This document shows, one piece after another, positions 11,206-23,396 of a DNA stretch of 64,000 nt (positions are counted from its first letter, which is position 1; each line of letters opens with the position of its first letter). The notes below the pieces were generated by a model. The model saw only the letters and a program-made list of their open reading frames with translations. It had not been told where the DNA came from and did no database searches. The position numbers and the translations under genes were made by a program. This DNA comes from Xylographa opegraphella (taxonomy: Eukaryota): positions 124,001-188,000 of the forward strand of contig JALDZX010000019.1 of NCBI GenBank assembly GCA_022813865.1, in the 5' to 3' direction.

Positions 11206-12195
11206 TCATGTGCGTGGTCGGCGATAGTGTCTGAGCATGGCTTTAACCTTCAAACAAAAACAGGCTTCGACAGTCGTTCCCATCATTCTCGTCAGGTCGT
11301 AGACGTCGGCTCGTTCAGCGCGGGTCCAAGGCTGCCTGCTTTCCATCCGATCCCCAACATCCGTGGCAAAGTCCACCATAGCATCCGTCGCCTCGTAATT
11401 GCCTGAGATACAACCACAGCACAAACAGTGCTCAACCGAGAAAATGAAACTGACTTGTCTGGCTCGTGCAAGTATGAACGGTTGCAGGATCAGCGTCCAA
11501 TTTATGGCACCTAGTCTCATCGTATCCTTGTCCCAGTTCGTCGCAGCGGGGCTGATGATTATTTCGTTCAGGACGGGCGACCTGGCCAGGGATTCTACCC
11601 GGCCGCAGATGTTCTGCCGGATCTTGAAGAGCGTAGCCGGGTTCCAAAAGGACGGTTCGCATATGTTGACCTCCAGACACTGTATCTGGCCAAAGGGAAA
11701 GGCTCTGATGCATTCCCAGCTTACTTTCCGCACCCCGAGCCGTATTTCCTCGTACATCCATATGTCCACCACAAACTTCCTTCCCGCATAGAGAAGATCT
11801 GGCACAATCTCGTAGTAGACTTGTCGACATGTTAGAAGTATGGCGATGTCGACACGGTATTTGTCGGTACGAAGATAATTATCCCGCAAGAATATAAGTC
11901 GACCGGATGGACCGAATTGGGTTCTCATCAGTGTCGTTTTCGCTTGGACCGTCTGCTTGTTGGGTAGCAAGTACTTGTAGATCATGAGGCGCAATTCAAG
12001 AGGCAGCCCAAGCAGTCTGATTCCATGGGTGCCGTCCGACGGGCGAGGTTGTCCAATGTAGAAAGCATGATTTGTGGTCTGTATCATCTCTTTCCCAACA
12101 CCATCCGTTTGAGACTTGCAAATGGCTTCATGATCTAGCATTAATCTTGACATCTCGTTGGCGTATGAAGAGCTCGATTGATAGTTGAATATCAT
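11206..12195 (-). CDS. F-box-like domain hypothetical protein (start uncertain)
   Basis: Long ORF with LLGLPLELRLMIYKYLLP (F-box-like) and AILLTCRQVYYE, typical of expanded fungal families. Alternative ATGs at ~12153 and ~12087. Confidence 0.6.
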   Translation of the reverse strand: MIFNYQSSSSYANEMSRLMLDHEAICKSQTDGVGKEMIQTTNHAFYIGQPRPSDGTHGIRLLGLPLELRLMIYKYLLPNKQTVQAKTTLMRTQFGPSGRLIFLRDNYLRTDKYRVDIAILLTCRQVYYEIVPDLLYAGRKFVVDIWMYEEIRLGVRKVSWECIRAFPFGQIQCLEVNICEPSFWNPATLFKIRQNICGRVESLARSPVLNEIIISPAATNWDKDTMRLGAINWTLILQPFILARARQVSFIFSVEHCLCCGCISGNYEATDAMVDFATDVGDRMESRQPWTRAERADVYDLTRMMGTTVEACFCLKVKAMLRHYRRPRT

Positions 12196-13798
12196 ACCAT
12201 GATCTAAAGACCATATATATATAAGTGACGGATGCTGCCGGAAGATGATTACAGTCACATTGATAACTTTTTTGGTGATGACCCACTTGCTGGCTCAAAC
12301 CCAAAACTCGAAAGGGAATGCTTGGCGGTATTTTGTGGCCCCGTGTCTTGAGGGTATACCAGAGGGAAGACTTGTGATTGGCTATCGATGCTCGTTCCGC
12401 AGATGTACTCACACACGATCTGCTGGTCGGGTCCACAGGATGTCGCGCCCCGATTCCATTTCCACTCCATAATCGCATCAAGTACGAATGATCACCAAAA
12501 TGGGGATAAAAATTCTCGCCTTCAGCCTACTTAACTATCAATGGGGTAGTGGTGACGAAGACAATGCTCACGATATCTTCCGTCTCGATGATATCAGATA
12601 CAAAGACCCTGGAAACACACTTTCATTGCCCAAGCCGACGTCCTCAAATCAATTATGGTACAACGAAATGAATGTCATAAGGATCTCAGGAGTCTCGACC
12701 AGTGTTGGAATTCTGGCATGCGATACAACTCCCATGGGTTTAGTTGTTCTTGTTCTAAATAAAAGTCTCTAATACGCGTGCTGCGGCTTGGTAATCAAAA
12801 TGGATGGACGAGAACCAAACTGATATATTCGAAGCCTTCGGAAGTGGGAACTGCTGCAAGCATCGAATATGATCGATGCCATGGAAAAGGACAATCAAAG
12901 TCAATACACAAATGGCTGGCGCACATATAACTTTTTTACATTGGTAGGCTTCATATATACGCAGTGGGTGCCATGAATATATAGGAAGTGTAAAGAGTAT
13001 TTGATCAAACACTGATTCTACCGTGATTCGCCCCAAGACTTGGGCATCCTCTAATGCATCCACGCTGTAAAACAAATATTAATCTGGCTGGGCGAAGTCA
13101 GACGTCAACACCAAACAAGCTTTTCCAAGCCGATGGACAATTTTGATTGATTGGAGTGCGACCTTGATCCCTGTTGACTCTGTATGTTAAGTCCTTTCGG
13201 CTTGTATTTGATGAGTATTAACATGAGCCTTGCATCGACTTGACTTCGGAGAGTTTCAACTTTAAACGATACACCAATATGGCAACAATAAGACAAAACA
13301 AAAATATATCATGAACACTCCTCAGTGTAGGATAGAGCATGTAGTTCTGGTGAGAGTATTCGTGAAAGATTCTAATCTCTCTTCTGGTCAAAATCAAGAA
13401 ACGTCGCCAACAAATGGGCTGGAAGCGCGTCAACTTTTGGTAGATAACCTTACGCGAAACATGACCCAACTCCTAAAAGACTGCAAATGAACTGCCTAAT
13501 AGAGCTCTAGCCGCTACAAGTGTGAGGCCGGTACCGAAGTGATCGCCCTATCGTGGCTATCTGAAGCGGCCTCCCACTGATGATCTTCCGCTCGCTGCAG
13601 CTGTCCACGATACGTCATACCCATATCTCGTAGCCAACGCGATAGACATGCCTATCAGACGCCATTCAAGTGCCGATAGCCTTGGCTTGCGAGGGAAGGA
13701 AGGTAGGTTACGCAGTATATGAAGCCTCATCTCGCTGTTCAATGTTTCTTTTTGATGCTTCTTCATCGCTGCGACTTGGTGCCCAACAATAATTCATA

Positions 13799-15686
13799 AT
13801 GGCTTTTGAGAACGAGAAGCATGAGAAGGGGAATCCCTTTGCGGCTCTCGATGGCCGTAAAGCGTCTCTCGCCAATCCTAATGGCGAATTGACTGTGAAG
13901 ACATTGAAGGATGCCGACGAAGCTTTGTCTTTCTTGGAGAACCATCCTCGAGCATCAGAGATAGCAGAAGAGGGCAATGCTATCCTTGAGGACCCCGTCC
14001 AGCTGAAGAAGTTGATAAGAAAGATCGATCTTACCATAGCTCCTATGCTCGCTGCTGTGTACTTTCTACAGTTCCTGGACAAGACAACGCTCTCCTATAC
14101 CGCTGTGATGGGGATCCGAACGGATACGCATCTTGTTGGGCAGGACTACTCGAATCTTTCTATGCTTTTCTATATTGGTGAGTCAAGATAAGGGACCTAT
14201 ACAGGAGACCACGCTCTGTAATATGGGACTGATACATATCTCACTCTCTAGGATTCCTGGCGGCGGAGTTTCCTACACAATATCTAGCGCAACATTTATC
14301 TCGATTGAGTCTTTATCTTGGGATCAACATCATGATTTGGGGTCTGATCTTAGGCTTCCATGCTGCTTGTACGACTTATGCTGGACTTGCTATTGTGCGG
14401 ACGTTACTTGGCATATTTGAAAGCTGGTAGAGTTTCTTGAAGATATTCAACCTGGATTATGATTTACAGTTGCTAATTCTTTTCTAGCGTGGCACCTATT
14501 TTAGTCATAATCATCGCTATGTGGTACAAGAAAATGGAGCAAGGCCGCCGAGTGTCCTGGTTCTATGTTTGCAATTCCCTGACGCAAATTTTTGGCGGTT
14601 TCCTTGCATTTGGTGTCAGCCATGCAACCACGAAATTTGCCAGCTGGAGAATCTTCTACATTGCCATTGGAGCCATGACGATGGTTATTGGACTCCTTGT
14701 GGCCTTGTATCTACCAGATTCCCCCGTCAAAGCGAGGAGATTCACGGACGCAGAAAAGGTTGCCGTATTGATGCGGGTGAAGGACAACCAGAGGTGAGAA
14801 GCCACGTTTGAGAATATTATATTAGATGCTGACCTGATCCAAGTGGAACGCAAAATGCGGTGATCAAAAAAGAGCAAGTCCTCGAGACTTTCAAAGATCT
14901 CCGTGTGTACCTTATCTGCCTTGCGACTGTGCTTAGCTCTATACCTAATGTACGTATACCTCAGGTCATTTTGGCTGTAACGTCGAGACAGATATTGCTT
15001 TATTCGATAGAAATACTGGAAATGAGACGCTAACTTATGTCTCCGCTTAGGGCGGTCTATCTAACTTCTCCAGCATTCTATTGACAACCTTCGGTTACAC
15101 ATCCCAGCAGGCGCTGGTCCTAAATACTCCCAGCGGTTTGGTAGGAGGTGTCTGCGTGCTCCTTGTGGGCTATCTTTCAGACAAGTGGGGTGACAGATCG
15201 ATCGTGATGCTGATTTGTATTCTTCCCACAATTCTTGGGGCTGGTTTGATGATCGGCCTCGATCCCAACGGGGTCCCTGCAAACAAAGCTGGCCTTCTTG
15301 CTGCGTCTTTCCTTACCGGAACTTTCGGGGCGGCATTCATGCTTCTGTTAGCTTGGAACGCGTCCAATATCGCAGGACACTCGAAGAAGGTCACCACCAA
15401 CGCGTTGACACTAGTATCATTCTGCGTTGGCAATATCCTGGGAACTCAGACCTTCCAGGCGCACCAAGCCCCGGGATACATCTCCGGCAAGATCAGTATA
15501 GTTGCTACGCTATCAGCATTGTGTTTCGTGATTGTCTTGCTCCGTTTATACAACGATTATCTGAACAGACAGAACCAGAAGACGCTGGCAGGCATGAGTG
15601 AGGAGGAGAAGCAAGAGTTGAGAGAGAAGATGGCTTTCGCCGATCAAACGGACAGAAAGAACCCGTTCTTTGTATATACCCATTGA
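13799..15686 (+). CDS. MFS transporter, anion:cation symporter / allantoate permease (Dal5-like) family
   Basis: Motifs RKIDL, LQFLDK, EFPTQYL, WYKKMEQGRR, LPDSP, SNIAGHSKK, DQTDRKNPFFVY. Introns 14178-14251, 14427-14487, 14794-14843 and 14950-15050 give a continuous frame. Confidence 0.92.
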
Positions 15687-16140
15687 GATGTAACCGAGGA
15701 GAGGGGATCTTGGCGGCAAATTTGCAAATCAAGCATATATAGTCTTTGAAGTTGAATGAACATACCATATCATCCATACCATAGAAGCTTCAATGAAGAG
15801 TCATACTAAAATTTATCGCAATGATTGCTCTTTTTTATGAGGTGGATTTGCTTGAACTTTGAATTGTGAAAGGCAGATTCAAACTCATGAGTGCAGTCGC
15901 CCCTTTCTAGTGACAATGCGGAAGCTCGACCGGATATAATCTTTCCACGCTAGTAATCTCCGGGCATGTAGAAATGATTCGGACACATTGCAGTCGGCAC
16001 CATGTCAGAAGATCGCCAGAGGCATTGCTTCCGCCCACTTCCATTCAATTGCATGAGACTTTAGACTTCGCTGTCATTTCCTGTTTCTTTGTTTCTGTGT
16101 CTATAGATCTTCCAGCGCATCACTATCCTTCAGCACAACC

Positions 16141-17457
16141 ATGGCTCGAACCAAACAGAGCACTCCGCTCCAGTGCGCCCCTTCCGACTTCAACCAAGGC
16201 CCTCCGGAGTCTCCCTCCCACGGCTGGAAAGAATCCAACGGTAGCTCCAAAGCCACAGACTCCGCATCCGCAAATGGCAGTATCTCGCGCGCTCTCGAAC
16301 CCGTCGCGTCCCAGCCTGGCGCCGGTCTCCCCCAGCTGATCGTCTGCGTTGGCGGCATCTACATCTCCTTGTACGATACAACAACCCCCCCCTTCAACCT
16401 GAAAGCACACCTAGCTAACCCTCTCCTCCTCCTCCTCCGCAGCCTTACCTGGGCCCTCCTCCAAGAGCGTATTACAACAACCACGTACGGGGCCCCCTCC
16501 GCCCCGCAACGCTTCACCTTCTCCATCGTTCTCAACACGCTGCAATCCCTCTTTGCCGCCCTCACCGGCACGCTCTACCTCTCTCTCTCCAGCCGCGGGC
16601 CCTCCCCCGCCATCTTCCCCTCGCGCGCGCTGCTCGGCCCCCTCCTCCTCGTCGCTCTCACCTCCAGCCTGGCTTCCCCCTTCGGCTACGCCGCCCTCGC
16701 GCACATCGACTACGTGACCTTCATCCTCGCCAAGGCGTGCAAGCTGCTGCCGGTCATGTTCCTGCACGTGACGCTCTTCCGGCGGCCGTACCCGCTGTAC
16801 AAGTACGGCGTCGTCGCGCTGGTGACCGCCGGCGTGGCGGTCTTCACGCTCGGGCACCCGACCTCCTCGAAAAAAACACACTCCCCCGCCGGCGCGCCAG
16901 CGGCGGAGCGCCACAACGCATGGGGCCTCCTCCTCCTCTCCATCAACCTCCTCCTCGACGGCCTCACGAACGCAACGCAAGACCACATCTTCACCACCCA
17001 CCGGCCCTACTCCGGCCCGCAAATGATGGCCGCGCAGAATATCCTCGCCACGGCCCTGACAACCACCTACCTCCTCCTCCTGCCCCTCCTCCCTCCCGCC
17101 CTCCTCACCGCGCTCGCCATCCCCGCCGCCGCGCCGCGCGAGCTGCCCGACGCGCTGGCCTTCCTGGCCGCCCACCCGGCCGTGCTGGCCGACGTGCTGG
17201 CTTTCGCCGCCTGCGGCGCCGTCGGCCAGATCTTCATCTACATGACCTTAGCGCAGTTCAGCAGCCTGCTGCTCGTCACCGTCACCGTCACGCGCAAGAT
17301 GCTGACTATGCTGCTGAGCGTGCTGTGGTTCGGTCACCGCCTTGGTCGCGGGCAGTGGCTCGGTGTGGGGCTGGTGTTTGGGGGCGTTGGGGCCGAGGCG
17401 TGGGTGGCGAGGCGGGAGAAGAAGGCGAAGGAGGGGAGGGGGAGGAAGAGGGATTGA
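16141..17457 (+). CDS. HUT1: UDP-galactose transporter homolog (SLC35B1/HUT1)
   Basis: Motifs CVGGIY, LQERITTT, SPFGYAAL, LAKACKLLPVM, DGLTNATQD, GAVGQIFI, TVTRKMLT and a basic di-lysine-like tail. In-frame 72-nt intron at 16371-16442. Confidence 0.9.
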   Translation: MARTKQSTPLQCAPSDFNQGPPESPSHGWKESNGSSKATDSASANGSISRALEPVASQPGAGLPQLIVCVGGIYISLYDTTTPPFNLKAHLANPLLLLLRSLTWALLQERITTTTYGAPSAPQRFTFSIVLNTLQSLFAALTGTLYLSLSSRGPSPAIFPSRALLGPLLLVALTSSLASPFGYAALAHIDYVTFILAKACKLLPVMFLHVTLFRRPYPLYKYGVVALVTAGVAVFTLGHPTSSKKTHSPAGAPAAERHNAWGLLLLSINLLLDGLTNATQDHIFTTHRPYSGPQMMAAQNILATALTTTYLLLLPLLPPALLTALAIPAAAPRELPDALAFLAAHPAVLADVLAFAACGAVGQIFIYMTLAQFSSLLLVTVTVTRKMLTMLLSVLWFGHRLGRGQWLGVGLVFGGVGAEAWVARREKKAKEGRGRKRD

Positions 17458-17925
17458 GAGGATTGGGAAAAGGTGGTGTGGGGAGTGTGCGTGGGTGGGG
17501 GGGAAAGTGTATAGGGAGGGCATGGATTGGCGTTTCAGCAATGTGTGGGCATTTCGACAGGCGAATCATGTGCAGCATATAAATGGGGAAAGATATAGAA
17601 AGTCGCCATGGTATAGATGCCCGGAAGCGAGAGAGAACTCGCTCGGAGGTATTGACTGCTTTTATATACAGCTCGCTGTCAAGAAGAATACACATGAAAC
17701 CGCTCACCGCTCTGTTATATACGACGTCGGTGCAATTGACAGTGTTCGTCCCAAAAAGTGGGTGCATAGCAGCAGGAAATACCCAGTCGAGTACTCCGCG
17801 GCCCATGCGTCAACTACACACGCCCCCACTTCAAAATCGGTTTGTACAAAGAAATACCATCTCCTAGTCTGGCCGGGTCAAGTGCCCACGTCGACCACAA
17901 CCACACGAGACCCACCGCTCGCCGA

Positions 17926-19485
17926 TCACGCAACCGGCTCAGACTGCCCCTTGCCCCATCGCTTCTTCTTCCCCTCGACTCCCAGCTCCACATCCCGCAC
18001 GCCCTTGACCACCTCCGGCGGCACGCCCTCGATCCTCTTGATGCGCTTGCCCTCGTTGAACTGCATGATGCCTGCTGCGGCCGCGACGATGCACGCTAGA
18101 GCGACGAACAAGCCCGTGCTCCAGCTCGGGCGAGTGTAACGATCGTAGTGCCACATGAAAGCCGACAGCACGACCTGGAGGAACGTGTTCATCACGAAGA
18201 GCCAGATAACGTATTCGAGTTTCCAGAGCGGGGTCGCCGGCGCGCGCACGCCGGTGGGAGGCTGCGATGGTGTTTTAGTGAGAGGGAGTGGGAGGGCGGG
18301 ATTGGCTTCGTCGGCGGGCGAGAAATCCGGGGTAGCGGAAGCAGGTTTCACGGGGAGGTGGTCGCTGCCGGGGAGTCGGAACCAGGACTTGTGAATACCG
18401 CCCAGGCGGCGGAGCGCGTCCTGACGCTTCATGATGCGGAATTTGAGCAGGTAGTATAGGTCGCGGAAGCGCCAGGGGATGAGGCCGAAGCCGGTAACGC
18501 AGAAGAGAGAGTTCAGGATCTGGCTGTCGATCTCAACCCAGACACGGCGTGGAGAGTCGATGTTGTTGCAGTCTTTACCCGCGTAGATGGCTGGGTTGTA
18601 ACACATTGGCGACGAGGCGTTGCAGAGGAGTAGGAAGAGCATACCGCCCCAGGCGACCACGTTGAGGCCATAGAGTACGATCAAGAAGCCCAAGGGAGTG
18701 ATGGCGAATTTACCAAAGGCTACCAGACCGATGAGTGTTGCCTCATCCCAGGTGTGTTTGGGAGGGAAGGAGTAGCCATTTGGATACACTCCGTCAGCGT
18801 TCGGAACCGCTTTCTCATTAGACAGAGGTGTGGTGGAGGTGGAGGCACGGCGAGACGCGTTTGGTGTTTCACCGAGCATGGCTTTGATGTTTTTGGAGGC
18901 ACGTTTCGGAGGCGGTGAAGTGAGGGAGTCAAGATCTGAGTCGGCATATGTGGTGGAAGAAGCGACCTTGCCCCTGGCTTTGGAAGCACCTTTGACATAG
19001 CTCTGGTCGGTCATCTCGCCACGGCCAAGAACGATATCAGGGAAGCCGTCGTCTTCCTCTTCTATCATATTGGCTCTCGCAGCCGTAGCATCTGTTTCAT
19101 CATGTATTGGACTTGCTGTAGGGCTCTTCTGTGTTTTTGAGGTGGTTATAGGAGTCTGATCAGAATTTGTCCGAGAGTGCCCCCTTCCACTCTTCTCACT
19201 CCTCTCACTCATGATACTGTTTCTTCGTTGTCCTTCCTCGTCCCAGCCATTGCTACCGTAGCTGCCCCGTCTGATCTCAGCTAGTGAAGGGGCCTTTGCA
19301 GCTGCTTCACCAGTAGCGGACCACATGCCGGCCGGTGGACTTGACTCCAAGAACTTCAGCGATGCACCCCGTAGCCGACCTGAAGCACCTGAACTTCCTC
19401 GATTTCGTCCATGAGCGGTTGGCGATGACGGAGAAGATGGTGACGATGGGTTTTGCATGTTGCTCGGTGCATCGCGATTCGCCAT
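17926..19485 (-). CDS. DUF2985-family membrane protein with a long disordered N-terminus
   Basis: Motifs YGLNVVAWGGMLFLLL and WVEIDSQILNSLFCVTGFGLIPWRFRDLY. 519-aa single ORF. Confidence 0.85.
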   Translation of the reverse strand: MANRDAPSNMQNPSSPSSPSSPTAHGRNRGSSGASGRLRGASLKFLESSPPAGMWSATGEAAAKAPSLAEIRRGSYGSNGWDEEGQRRNSIMSERSEKSGRGHSRTNSDQTPITTSKTQKSPTASPIHDETDATAARANMIEEEDDGFPDIVLGRGEMTDQSYVKGASKARGKVASSTTYADSDLDSLTSPPPKRASKNIKAMLGETPNASRRASTSTTPLSNEKAVPNADGVYPNGYSFPPKHTWDEATLIGLVAFGKFAITPLGFLIVLYGLNVVAWGGMLFLLLCNASSPMCYNPAIYAGKDCNNIDSPRRVWVEIDSQILNSLFCVTGFGLIPWRFRDLYYLLKFRIMKRQDALRRLGGIHKSWFRLPGSDHLPVKPASATPDFSPADEANPALPLPLTKTPSQPPTGVRAPATPLWKLEYVIWLFVMNTFLQVVLSAFMWHYDRYTRPSWSTGLFVALACIVAAAAGIMQFNEGKRIKRIEGVPPEVVKGVRDVELGVEGKKKRWGKGQSEPVA

Positions 19486-20495
19486 GATGCTGCTATTCTA
19501 GGAACAATCACTCCACAGTAGCGAAAGACTCGTGAAATTTCCACGTTGCTGTTCCAAGGTCGTGTGGTTTGCAAGGATGATTGCGCCTAATGCGGAAGGG
19601 GTATGCCAGTTGCTGAGATTGCACTCATATCGTCAAGGTTTGACTCGACATTCAAAGAGCATGAGAAGCGAGTGGGGTCTGATATAAAGCCTGCGTTTTG
19701 ATGTGTATATACCTATGGAATGTGCTGTTGTGATGGAGGAGGCAAATAAAGGTTAGAGTACGAATCAGGGTCTGCTGAGCGCCAAGGATTAATACCGGAT
19801 TCCTCCCTGGAAAGGCTGAGACTGTACGGAGTAAGTGTTTTCTCGGTAAGAGCTCACTAAAGCTTAGCGTATCAAAAACCTCATTGTTGTTACCGTAATT
19901 TTAAAGGACCGGCAGCTCTCTTGTTAGGGCAAAACCCCTCGAAATCATGCGTTTACTGCTAGACGCGGAGTATCTGTTAATTTACATCTGATATTTTACA
20001 GTAATAGACATGCTTCACCTGAACGATCTATTTACGCTTTCAAGACCGCCAGCTACCTGAGTACGTACCAGCAACGCCACGTCTCTCGTCGCATCTCCAA
20101 ACATCTCCACTAGATAATCTGCTATCACAAATCCATTCTACGCAAAATGAACCACTGTGCCAGGTCGTACCTCTAAAAATGATTCTTAGACAACTGTTCT
20201 CAGTCTCTACAATGTTCTCGATGAGACCCGGAAGCTTTTCCACCCTATGCATTATCCCCACCATACTCTTTCAGCCATTGTTCAGCTCTGGACTTCTGTT
20301 TATTCAGATCATGGGATGCTTCCAACTCGACGAAATGCCAACGCATCTGTCGAAAGGGTTGCGACACCGTTACGTGAACATGAATGTTTCTTGATAAGAT
20401 AAAGTTTTGAATATATATACCAGAAGAATCGAACTTGTATATACATTGAAAAGTAACTCCCAAACATATGCCGAGAACATAAAATCCAGCCTTTC

Positions 20496-21605
20496 CTAAT
20501 CGTACGGAAGGATCTTAGGCAAGATGTCGGTGTACGCAATGCCGCTAGGAGGCTCCATCGTGAAGATGTAGTCACCCCACCACGGGCCCGCAGACCACCA
20601 CATCGCCCCGGTCCATACATTGTCGTTGTCACCCATGTACTTCAGCCCACCTTCCAGTGCACTAAGACACGTCGCGTTATCACCACCGGCAAACTCGCCG
20701 ATCATGCCGAGCTTATTGTTCTGCTTCAGCCATTGGGTGGCAGCAACCAAGCGGTTTTCGAAAATAGTGCTGTTGACGCAAGTGGTGGAAGTTCCGCTGC
20801 CATCAGAGTCAAGGTACTGATGCATTTGGTAGATGAGCTTGTTCTGAGGGTCCTTTAGTGCGCCCATGGTCGCGCCATTCCCGCTCGAGATCCAGGTCCA
20901 AGCACCGGTATAGCTGTTTCCTTCCGGCGTAATGTATTGGGAGTTTGCTCCAATACCGCGGATACCGTTGATGGCGGCCTGGTTCAGGTCGACGACAAGC
21001 GACTGCGGCATATCGTGGTACTCGTTGTTGGTGTCGAACATGACCAAGGCGTTGTTCTTGAACGGCTGGGCAACAGTGGCCCAGAATGCCTCAAAGCCAG
21101 CGGTATCATTGATGATAGTGTTATAATAGCGGCCGTAGTTATGAGGGCAGATCATGGCAAAGGCACCGAGAGAAGTGATGTAGTTAACTTGCTGCCGAAA
21201 CAATCAGATGAGGATCGAGCACTATCATTTGCTTTAAAGACGTACCTCAGTAAGGTTGCCAGCATAGTAAGGGTCAAGGGGACCATAAAGAGAATTTGGT
21301 ACAAGACGTTCCATCTGAAGGTTGAGACGGAATATGTTCATTCCCTTATTGATGAATGTCTTTAATGCGTCAGCTGGTGGTCACATCGACATGTTTGATA
21401 TGAAGTTACTAACGGGAATCGTGCTCAGGTTGTACCAGGTGTAATCATGGCCATAAACACCAGGTAGATTCTGATTGCCGAATTCTGCACCGGATTCGTT
21501 GACCCCAAAAAATCTCAGCTTGTGTCCCCTTTTCTTGATCTTTGTAGGAACAGAAACAGCCAAGGCCGCGGTGACCGCGGCCATAAAGAATTGTGTGAAA
21601 CGCAT
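20496..21605 (-). CDS. Secreted GH5 (subfamily 5-like) endo-beta-1,4-glucanase, no CBM1
   Basis: Signal peptide plus KKR propeptide. Motifs GVNESGAEFG, MERLVP, PHNYGRY, FDTNNEYH (acid/base), MHQYLDSDGSG, IGEFAGG (nucleophile), WWSAGPWW. Introns 21413-21360 and 21245-21192. Confidence 0.93.
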
Positions 21606-23396
21606 CCTAGGAAGAAGACTATGCACAGTTGACCTTTGTGGAGTTGCTTGGATGTAGGAGAATTCAGCAGAATGTCTCCTTTATATATACGCAACAAGAT
21701 CTTGCCTCAGGGATCCCCAGAAGGCTATGGAAGCCTTCCAGACTCAGATCTGTTCTCGGAGCTCTGCAGATCCTTACACAATCTTCGCGTGGTGGCAAGC
21801 CGTACATTGTGGCAGGTATGTTGCAAGGATGGTCCAGACCAAGCTCCTTGACCCGAATCTAGGCCGGAAAGAGTCCATATTGCTCACAATGACCTCAAGA
21901 TCATAATCTGGATACACCAGAATGGCCCGATTGGGTGGAGACTGGCAAGCCAGGCTTCAGAATCAAGCCGCTTTGGGCACGGAGCAGACACGAAGAAGGG
22001 GAAGATGCTCTAGCTAGGGCGATATTGCTTGCGGACCGTCCAGGCCGTTGGACCGGGCACTCCCGTCACCTGTCCAGCATCTGCCAGCTGACAACATAGC
22101 CTGGGTAGGACAACCGCCTTACTCGGCCAGTAGCGATGGTGCATGGCGTAATTTCCGGTAAAGTTTAGGCACGAGCTAGACGGATGAACCCGTGTGGGGA
22201 ATCTTGGTCGACCCAGTCTTAAATCAAGCCACAGATCCCGCGGAGGTGAAGATCCTTTTCGTTAGAAAGTTGAAATGTCGTCAAAATATGTATCAAATCG
22301 GACTGAGCCACAGAAGTTGGCCAATCGCACTTTACACTGGATGGACTATCGTACGTAAGTCCGAAGGAGAAGTAAGTGGAGGAACAGCCATAAACGGCTG
22401 TTGGCAAAGACGGGGGTGGTGTGCAGCATCAGCGTGATGGTGTCGCTCGGCAGAACGTACGGACCTCGGGCCTCGACGGACCGGCTAAAGTCCTATGGCA
22501 GAGCTTCGCTTAGATTTATAAAACACACCTCGGTTGCTTGAACGCCACGCTGCAGATTGATGAACTTGCAGCGGAGCATAGACTCAAAGAAGCCTCCCCG
22601 AGAGGTTGAAACAAAAGTACCGAGGTGGAAATATAAGGAGGGCGTGAGTGGAAAGTACAGTACGAGTCTTGATCAAATGGCCCAACAAGAAATAGACGGA
22701 GAGGGGAAGTAGGATTCAGTTTGCCAGAATAGATGAAACCGCGACATCCATACCTCTCCACAGGGGAATCGATGGGCACGCTAGTATATTACTGTCGATA
22801 CTTGCCTTACTATAAGCTCCCCTGGACCGAAGGATGTAGCTATATGGAAGAAGTGACGTAGAGGGGACGACAATATACTTAGGTATCTTAGGGTCTAGAT
22901 AGGGTCCACGCCACTGGAGGCATAACGGGGGCTCGATGAAGACTTCGTCGTCACCGGCTTTCATTGTGGGGTGGCCGATATCAGCCTTTCGTGTGCTAAA
23001 TCAACGCTGACTTACCGGCTTGAGCCACGCAAGACTGACACTCGTAGCCACTCAGTCATGTGATCAGAATGGAGCTCGCCGTCGTGGTGATTGAAAGCTA
23101 TCTTATATTGAAGATTGTAGAGGGATTCTCATCCTCAGTGTAAGAGGTTCAACGTCCTGCCTACCGTAGTTATCGTCATGTACCTTATTGCAGTTGTTGA
23201 AGATCAGAGTACAATACGAAGTCCTGAGCACGCTTAAGATTATCCCCGCTGACCTCTCCAACAAGCACTTCCGCATGCGGCCATATTGCGCCTCATGACC
23301 AACTACAACCACAACTGCCTGGCGAAGTTGGAGGCAGCATGACTTAAATATGCAGATTGCTTCTTGACCATCGTCTACAACACATACTCACATATC

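Noticed and set aside
16411..18139. Long overlapping and antisense ORFs in the GC-rich islands (also 38179-38886 and 58891-60572)
   Set aside because: These are shadows of high-GC3 coding sequence with low-complexity translations.
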